Shown here piece by piece: positions 56,745 to 64,000 of a stretch of DNA of 64,000 bases. The DNA lies in NCBI GenBank assembly GCA_964019335.1, contig OZ025685.1:372001-436000 (forward strand). Reading direction: 5' to 3'. Each line of letters begins with the position of its first letter. The first letter of the stretch is position 1. Made by a program: the position numbers and the translations under genes. The DNA is from Diplonema japonicum. Lineage: Eukaryota; Protista; Euglenozoa: Diplonemea. The notes beneath the pieces were generated by a model. That model was not told the origin of the DNA. It ran no database searches and saw only the letters and a program-made list of their open reading frames with translations.

Positions 56745-57831
56745 TGCAAGCGAGAGACACCCTGACAACAACGCTTCGCCCCCGCGGACCTTTCATTGTA
56801 ATTTTTTCTACTTCTCAAGGTGATTCGCGAGATTTTTTTTTTTGTTTACAAACTTCTCCAGGTTTTACCCGGCACGTGCAAACAACGGCCAGTTCCTCTT
56901 TTTTTTTTTATTCCCAGAAAAAAGATACCCCCCCTACCGCGAGACGGGGCTAGGCAGCCAAAATGTCGAAGAGGTGCATCGCAAAGGTAAGAAGCTCACT
57001 GATGTGTTGTAACTTTCACTTTGACCGGTATCGGTTTTTTTTTTTTTTTCCTTTTCCTGTCAACCATATATGATTTAACCCCCTCCTTCCCTTCGGAGAT
57101 TCTGTAGCCACCATGACCTTCATGAGAATGCCTTGCCCAGCGACCCAGCTTCGCAAGGACGCAAGGAACTTCGGTGTACATGGTTCGCACATTAAACACC
57201 TACGCAGTCTTTAGTCTCTACAGCGTAGGCGGTCCCTGAGGGGAAGGGGTGGGGAAAGGTTTTTCTCTCTTTTTTTTTTTTTTTTTTTTTTAGAAAAAAA
57301 AGGGGGGGGGAAGGAACACGGAGTACTGTCTATATAATCTTCATGCGGCTTTTTTCTTTTCTTTTTTTTTTTTTTTTTTGTGGAGCACGCTGAAATCTCT
57401 AACGGTTTCTTCTTTTTTTTTTTGGCGGGCCGTTGCTAACCACTTCGTTCCTATCACAGTGATTTTTTTTTTTTTTTAATTTGCAGGTGCGATATTTCTC
57501 AAAAAAAAAGAAGAAGAAATGAAAGAAACGACAAAAAAGGGGCCAATGGATGTTCTTCTCAACTTTCGAATGATGCTGTAATAGGCTGGGCAAGCAAAAG
57601 TAAAAGAACAGTTTAGAAAAGCATCAAAAAAAAGTAAGGAAAAACGAATATTTTAACGTTAAAAAGGGGATTCCATAGGATTACACTGGTTAGAGTTTTT
57701 TTATGGGCCCAAAATGCCCTAAGCGAAAAAAAACTAGAAAATGGCAACGACCCCCTTTTGACCGACATATAGTTAGGGAAATAAAAAGGTGATACTAGGC
57801 ATAACCAGGATAGGGTCACAATGAGACACCC

Positions 57832-58470
57832 CCCTAGGCATAGTGGCGAGGCGACTCGCATTCTCGCACGAAAAGAATCTGAGCCGAAATTCTCGCAAAA
57901 CGACTCGCATTCTCGCACATTCTCGCACGATTCTCGCACATGCTAGTGTGCACTTCAGGTGTGCATGTGTCAAAAATAACCCACCCTCGACCTTCAAACT
58001 CCTCCCAACTAATGCGAGAAGAGTGCGTTCACGTCCGCCCCCGTGTGTGATTCACCCTCCTTGATGTCTAGGTGGAGGAGGGCTCCTCTGAGTACCCGAC
58101 CAGCCCAGAAATGTTTGGCACTGGTGGCGTCTGTGCTTAACGGCAACAGGGTCTTTTCGAGCCCTTGTCTCCTTCTCGAATCCGGGCCCCTTTGCCAGCA
58201 GCGTGTCTGGTGTCGGTATCTTCATGCGCGAGCTCCTCCGATGGGATGCTGGGAAGGTGTGTTTGCTGCTTGGTGGTTGGTGGTGCCTGCGACCAAACAC
58301 AACATCGCCCACCCGTCTATGAACTCCTGCCCCACCACGGGGCAAAGCACTGCCTGTTGAGGTCCTTCGAAGATTTTGACACTCAGGCACGCTTTCCCTG
58401 TTGAAGTTTCAGCCAAAAAAAATTCTCGCATCATTCTCGCATGCGAGTCGTCTCACCACTATGCCTAGGG
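57832..58470. mobile_element. MITE with 30-bp TIRs and ATTCTCGCA subterminal repeats
   Basis: CCCTAGGCATAGTGGCGAGGCGACTCGCAT vs ATGCGAGTCGTCTCACCACTATGCCTAGGG (2 mismatches); abuts a TAGGGCTATTCTGGCAAGGAAACGCG end of the 8012 family. Confidence 0.75.
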
Positions 58471-58896
58471 CTATTCTGGCAAGGAAACGCGTTTCCAAGC
58501 ATTTCTTTTTGAATTTCGAAAAAAAGAAAGAAAAAGAAATCATGGAAAAATCCAAGAAAAAAAAAAAAAAAAAAAAAAAAAACACCCAAGTTTCAGCATG
58601 GTATACAAATATCGCATTTAACGCAGGTCTTCAAAAAAAAAAAATTCCATTCCATTTCTTTTTTTTGTTACAAATATTTATCTTGCAAAAAATGATTTTA
58701 TACGCAACTTGTGCCGAGCAAAAAACTTTCGCAGCTTTTAAAAAACCTTTTTTGCTCGTGCGAACAACAAAAAGTAAAATGCCGCCGGAGACTGCAAAAC
58801 GGGTGGAGAGAGGGTTGAATCACCCACCTCCCCGCCTCCGTGCCAGACGCGAACAGCAAAGACATATAGTCATAAAGAATTATTTTTTTATATATA

Positions 58897-60518
58897 CTGT
58901 AAAACGAATAATGTCGGACGGAAAAACTCCCGGACACCAAAAAAACCCGGACATTTTTCCGTCCGGGTGTTTTTCTGGGAAGAAGTTTTTTTACTTAAGG
59001 GGGGTACGGGTAGCAGCTCCCACCACGTTTGCCTGGAAGGGCTTTATTCCTTGTGCAGAGCCAAAATGTCACCCTGCGTGGCAGTTTGAATTTTTCTTCC
59101 CCTTTCAATGCACCAACAAACAGCACCCACGGGATCTTTAACTTCTCATAAACCCGTACTTCTTTCGTCAGATTGACTAGTTCGACTACCCAAGGCACGT
59201 TGAGCAGCTGGCTTGTGAGGGGCCCAACTTTGGTGCTGACACCCCCGGCCAGCTCACCCCCGAGAGGTGGAGGAGATAAACTCCTTACACCGGGCCAGTA
59301 CAAACCCCCGAAAGCAGCTTGGCGGCCTCTGCCTCGGTCAGAAGACGGCAGCAACAGGTTCAACAGAGCCCCCGGTTTCTTCCAGACGGAAATACTGGAC
59401 GTTGCTATTCCACCCTACCACACCCTGGCCGCCGCGACGCCGTGATAGCTGCGTATCGCCCAATACGGGATTTAGCATCCTTCGGGGGCTGAAAGGTTTT
59501 TGCTTGAGTCGATAGGTAAACGGGCTTGGTGAGCCTATCCCAGCACAACAAATATGCACTTATGCAGAAGGGCTGCTGTGCGCCAATCCAGCCCGAAAGA
59601 CAGACCTGGTAGACTTTGGTGGGGCGCTGTCCTTTTCCACTGGCTAGGCTGACAAATTTTGCAGCAAGAAAGACAAAAGCCGCAAGCCACCTCCGGAAAG
59701 CCCGGAAACGAGAAGGACAACGAGAAGGCACGCTGTTTCACCATGGAATTCAGGTCCATAATCGACACCCATAAAGTAAGGCCGGAATTGGTCTGGAATA
59801 CGGGGTTAAAAACCAAAACAAAAAGGGGTGCTAAGGTCGTAAAAGTCCGTGACTTGGGGGACAAAACGGGCTATAACCGAACAGCTGGCTGTTTCCTTGG
59901 CTGGATGGTTAAATACAAAGGCAAAGCGGAAACGCAACCGGCAGGGATTATCCGTGCCCCGGTCAAGCACCCGCCCACCGAATGGAGCCTAACGGCATCG
60001 CCCAATCATTGGGCTAATTATGATACTCGGTATCTGGGTTACGGAGCTGTTTCTTCTTTTTTGCTATAAATCATCGATTCCCATGGTTTTGCCGAACGGG
60101 CCGATTCTGCTGCTTGTCGGCGACCACAACTCTCACACGACCTATGCCTATGGGTTCGTAGAGTTGTTCGCAGGCGCAAATGTGCACATTGCTTTTGTCC
60201 CCCTGGGCTCACCTACATGGTTCAACCGATGGATATTGGGTTGAACGCAGCTGTAAAGCATCTATTAAGAAAGGTAGTAGGCCACACGAAGGCTCGACAA
60301 GCTGATTGCCTCAGGGGCAGCAAGGGAGGACAAAGATGCAGAAAGGGAACCCTGGGGGTTTCTTCGCGCGGTTGCCGTTTGCAGCCCAGGCCAGTATGTA
60401 GGTGGTAGTGGACCAGGCCCCCTGACGGCCTTACCTAAAAAAAATTCCCGGACGGAAGAATTCCCGGACGCCAAAAAAACTCGGACATTTTTCCGTCCGG
60501 GAGTTTTTCGTTTTACAG
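58897..60518 (+). mobile_element. pogo-like (Tc1/mariner superfamily) DNA transposon with frameshifted DDE transposase pseudogene
   Basis: TA|CTGTAAAACGAA ... TTCGTTTTACAG|TA TIRs; CCCGGAC subterminal repeats; remnants ELVWNTG, ILLLVGDHNSH and VQPMDIGLNAAVK match decayed DDE_1 motifs. Confidence 0.8.
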
Positions 60519-61244
60519 TATATTTTTTTTTATGAAGACCGATCCGAGGCTTTGGTCTAGGTGACCAGAGAACATTTTTACCACTTTTTAATAAATCGGG
60601 GGGGGGGGGGGGGGGGGGGTACTTTCTTTTCTATACTATGCACCAACCAGCGCACCGCAAAAAATAGTACAAGTTATCTCTTTTTGAAGTGCAGCAAATT
60701 ATTTTCCACCCGACGCCCCCCCTTTTTGCCTTTCCGAAGTTGCAGTTCAAAAAAAAAAAAGAAAGAAAACAAAAAAAAAACAAAAAAAGTGGGAGGAAAA
60801 AAACAACCTCTAAGTGAGGCGCCCATAAAAAGAAATTTTCTTCCTCTCTTTTTATGATTCCCAAGAAAAAAAAAAGAAAGAAAGAACACAAAAAGATCAA
60901 TGCTGCAAAACTTAGGTGTCATCTGGGAGAGTGTATCGGAAGTCGGAAACCCCCCCCCTTTTTTTTCTATTCACTGATACAAACTTTGAAAAAGAAATAT
61001 GCGAAAATAATAGGAGGGCGGGGATTTTATTTTGCACCTATTTCATATTAGTTCTATTGCATTCTCACGATGGTGGATCCGTGGATACCGGAATTTCTTT
61101 TTTTCTTTCCCCTGTTGCAAACAGTAGGTCGCTCCTAAAAAGGAAATCGTTATTGAGAGGGCCACAGTTGGCCGAAAGACAGGCACATTAAAAAAAAAAA
61201 AAAAAGTATTTTCATATACCCCTTTCTGTTAACCAGTATGTCAT

Positions 61245-61283
<39 letters not shown>

Positions 61284-61940
61284 CCCCGTGCCTGTTCAAG
61301 ACGTGGGGGTTTTCTTTCATACTTACACTGGTGTGTGATGAATGAAAAACGAGAAAAAAGAAAAAAGAGAACGAGACAGAAAACCCAAGGGGAGGCACTT
61401 TTTTTTTTTTTTTTTTTTTTTTTTTCCCTTATATCCCCTACTTTTCTTTTTTGCTTGAGCTTTCCGTTCTTTAGTCTACACTTCCCTCCCCCCTCAAAAA
61501 AAAAAACTGCCCTAATTCTCGATAATTTTCTTTCTGTTCTGGTCAGAAGGAACAGGGGAAAAACACAAAGAAGAAAGGGAGAAGGAAAAAAAAAAAAAAG
61601 CACGTAGAATTTTATCAAAAAGAAAAAAAAAAACAAAACAACAACTTATAGTAACCCCCAGAGGTTTTTTTTATAAGTGTAGTAGGCAGTATATGGTTTT
61701 TTATGGTTTTTTTACCCTCCCCCCCCCCCCCCCCCCCCCCCGCGCTTTTATATTAGCTAAGAGAAAGAAGGGGAGGGGAGAAGAAAAAAAAAAGAATTCC
61801 CGCAAAACCCTTTTTTTCACCTTTCTTTGCCCTTTTTTTTCCCCCCCTGGGTTTTCGTGTTTTTTTTTTCTTCAGTTTCCATTTTTTTTTTTCCCATGTT
61901 ACATCTCTATAATTTGTATAGGTTTTATTCAAAAAAAAAA

Positions 61941-62780
61941 ATGAAAAAGATCTGCTTTCTCGGGGGAGGGGCCATGGGGACTGCGATGCTTGAGGGCATC
62001 TTGAAAAAAAAAATAGTGTCCCCCAAGGACGTGGTGGTAGTGGAAATCATCCCAGAGCTGAGGCAGAAAATCGAAACCACCTATGGTGTTCAAACGACCG
62101 CCGACGCTTCCTCCGGCGTAGCAAGCAGCGACATTGTGGTCATTTGTGTAAAACCCCACATGATACAAAAAGTGATGAAAAGTATCAATCCTGCTCTCGC
62201 CAGCAATAAGCTATACATCAGCATCGCAGCTGGTGTTGATCTTCAGACGCTCAACGGAATGTTGAAAGAAAGCCACGGGACAAGGTGGATCAGAGTAATG
62301 CCCAACATAGCCTGTACCTTAGGGGAGAGCGCGTCCTCTTATACACCTGACGCCGCCTGTACCAAGGCAGATATTGAGGTGGCTAATGAGATTCTTTCTG
62401 CGTGTGGGTTGGCTGTGATGCTTGCAGACGAGCACCTTCTCAACGCGGCCACTGGTGTTGCGGGCAGTGGGATAGCGTATGTATTCCTCTTCATTGAAGG
62501 CCTTGCAGACGGTGGTGTCCGTGCTGGTCTCCCCCGTGCCACTGCGCTTTCCCTTGCAGCACAGACGGTGCTTGGTGCCTCTAAGATGGTCCTTTCCAAC
62601 CCCCCTTCGCATCCTGGTGTTCTTAAAGATGCCGTGTGTTCCCCAGGCGGCACCACCATTGAGGCTGTCGCCTCCCTCGAGCGCAGCGGTCTTCGCTCGG
62701 CCGTCATCGAAGCCGTCACTGCCGCCTCGCAGAAGTCCATCGCTCTTGGGGAAAAGGCTAAGGCTAAGGCTAAACTGTAA
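61941..62780 (+). CDS. proC: Pyrroline-5-carboxylate reductase
   Basis: ICFLGGGAMG Rossmann motif, CVKP, SIAAGV, IRVMPN, TGVAGSGIAY, LKDAVCSPGGTTI; ends in AKL. Confidence 0.95.
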   Translation: MKKICFLGGGAMGTAMLEGILKKKIVSPKDVVVVEIIPELRQKIETTYGVQTTADASSGVASSDIVVICVKPHMIQKVMKSINPALASNKLYISIAAGVDLQTLNGMLKESHGTRWIRVMPNIACTLGESASSYTPDAACTKADIEVANEILSACGLAVMLADEHLLNAATGVAGSGIAYVFLFIEGLADGGVRAGLPRATALSLAAQTVLGASKMVLSNPPSHPGVLKDAVCSPGGTTIEAVASLERSGLRSAVIEAVTAASQKSIALGEKAKAKAKL

Positions 62781-62901
62781 AAATGAAGGATTTGAAAAAA
62801 AAAAAAAGAAAAGAAGTGTCATTGAGTTATTCAATGGGGTTTTTTCCCCTTTTTTTGGAAGACAATTAACCAAGCCCCAAAAAAGAAGGCCAGGGGCAGG
62901 G

Positions 62902-64000
62902 ATGTCGAAGATGGCAAAGGAGCTGCTTGCGAAGCGTGGCCAGCCGAACCCCCCAAGCAAAGGGCACCCGACGCGGGCAAGCTCGTGGCCAACAGCGGTG
63001 GAGAAGGACAGAACGGATGAGGTGCGGAATAATGAAGGGCTGACCTCTGAGCAGTATGTCCGCATTTTGAGCAAGAAGCTCAGCGAGCAGAAGACAGAAC
63101 TAGAGAGCAGGACGGATGCCATCAACTCGGTGCAGCGGAACTTCGAGAGCCTCTCTGACATGTACTCCTCAGAGAGAACGGCCTTCCAGACCACAGCTAT
63201 GCGTTTGAAGGAGTACGAGGAGACCGTCTCACGCCTGCGGACGGAGGTCAAAGTCAACAGCATCGCAAGGAAGGAGCTCGAGGCACTGGAGGCAGAGCAC
63301 GCACGGCATAAAGAGTGCGCAAGCGAGTCGCAGCGCATGTTGCAAGCGAGCCTGACGGCTGCCGAGAACGGGAACGCGAAGCTGCGTGCCACTGTAAACG
63401 AATTGCAGAAAAAAGTGCTCGGCATGCAAGCTGCTGATAGGGAGAAGGTCGAGGAAGCGGGAGAGTTGCAGGGACGTCTCTCTGTGTTCCAAAAAGGGTT
63501 CGAGGGGTCCTGTGCGCTGCTGGGATGTGAGAGCGTGCGTGTTGGAGCAGAACAGTCAGAGCGTGCTGCCACGGCGTACTTTGCTGCGGTGAGGGACGCG
63601 CATGAGAAGGCGGGGCGGTGTGCTGTCATGGAGGAGGCAGCGCGCAAGACTGACACAAACATCGAGCACTTGCAGGCGGCATTGGCATCTGAGCAGCAGC
63701 AGTCCATGTTGCTGAACACTTACAAGGCGTACGTGGCGTCCGTGAACTCGAAGCTCGAAGCGTGCAACAAGCACTTCGGAGGGCAGCCCTTCATCAAGGA
63801 CTACGGGTGGCGCGTTGAAGACGACAGCCTCGTCGCCTTCTTCTCATCCGCTACGGAGCTCACCGTGCGTGTCGCAGAGTGCGACGATCTATGCATCTCT
63901 CTCGACAGGGCACGTGCCGACCTCGCAGCAGAGCGTAGCAAGACCGCCGACGTCGCTGCAAAGCTCGCTTCCACACAACAGGAATACGAGCAGCTGTGGA
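62902..64000 (+). CDS. 3'-partial coiled-coil protein
   Basis: ATG TCG AAG ATG GCA... frame stays open to the window end and is rich in E/K/L/A heptads (ILSKKLSEQKTELESRTDAINSVQRNFESL). It is absent from the ORF track because it has no stop. Confidence 0.75.
   Translation, partial: MSKMAKELLAKRGQPNPPSKGHPTRASSWPTAVEKDRTDEVRNNEGLTSEQYVRILSKKLSEQKTELESRTDAINSVQRNFESLSDMYSSERTAFQTTAMRLKEYEETVSRLRTEVKVNSIARKELEALEAEHARHKECASESQRMLQASLTAAENGNAKLRATVNELQKKVLGMQAADREKVEEAGELQGRLSVFQKGFEGSCALLGCESVRVGAEQSERAATAYFAAVRDAHEKAGRCAVMEEAARKTDTNIEHLQAALASEQQQSMLLNTYKAYVASVNSKLEACNKHFGGQPFIKDYGWRVEDDSLVAFFSSATELTVRVAECDDLCISLDRARADLAAERSKTADVAAKLASTQQEYEQLW

Noticed and set aside
62319-63719. 466-aa minus-strand ORF
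   Set aside because: Antisense shadow of P5CR and the coiled-coil gene; it crosses a homopolymer spacer and has no motifs.

Overview
Eukaryotic, protist-type genomic DNA. Intergenic spacers are dominated by poly-A/T/G/C tracts. About 21 host protein-coding genes all lie on the + strand, and I resolved 10 tiny GT-AG introns by hand. Strict co-orientation, T-tract+AG sites before A-rich leaders, kinetoplastid-style adenylate cyclase motifs, a ribophorin II gene and DTPAP-repeat surface proteins together suggest a euglenozoan, most plausibly a diplonemid (inference). The main discovery is a tandem pair of receptor-type adenylate cyclases (42543-46140 and 48730-53294). Both have the order signal peptide - DOMON - cytochrome b561 (5 TM) - cytochrome b5 - active class III cyclase - degenerate cyclase - Cys/His zinc module. 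The second copy also carries a complete ascorbate/cytochrome-c-type heme peroxidase inserted right after the signal peptide. This predicts a 4-5-heme transmembrane electron wire ending on a cAMP output, a candidate extracellular H2O2/redox receptor. A third relative at the window start (b5 + catalytically degenerate cyclase) looks like a pseudo-cyclase. Also present: a TBC1D20-like GAP, an RMDN-like protein, a WSC lectin-like protein, an F-box protein, RPN2, an MFS sugar carrier, a glycosyltransferase-like protein, enoyl-CoA hydratase, a thaumatin-like protein, a 2492-aa LVIVD/DTPAP-stalk surface protein and P5CR ending in a PTS1-like AKL. Decayed mobile elements include three Crypton-like elements, piggyBac, pogo, TA-TIR and other MITEs, and T-tailed LINE ends. 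No rRNA, tRNA, SL RNA or CRISPR array was recognised.
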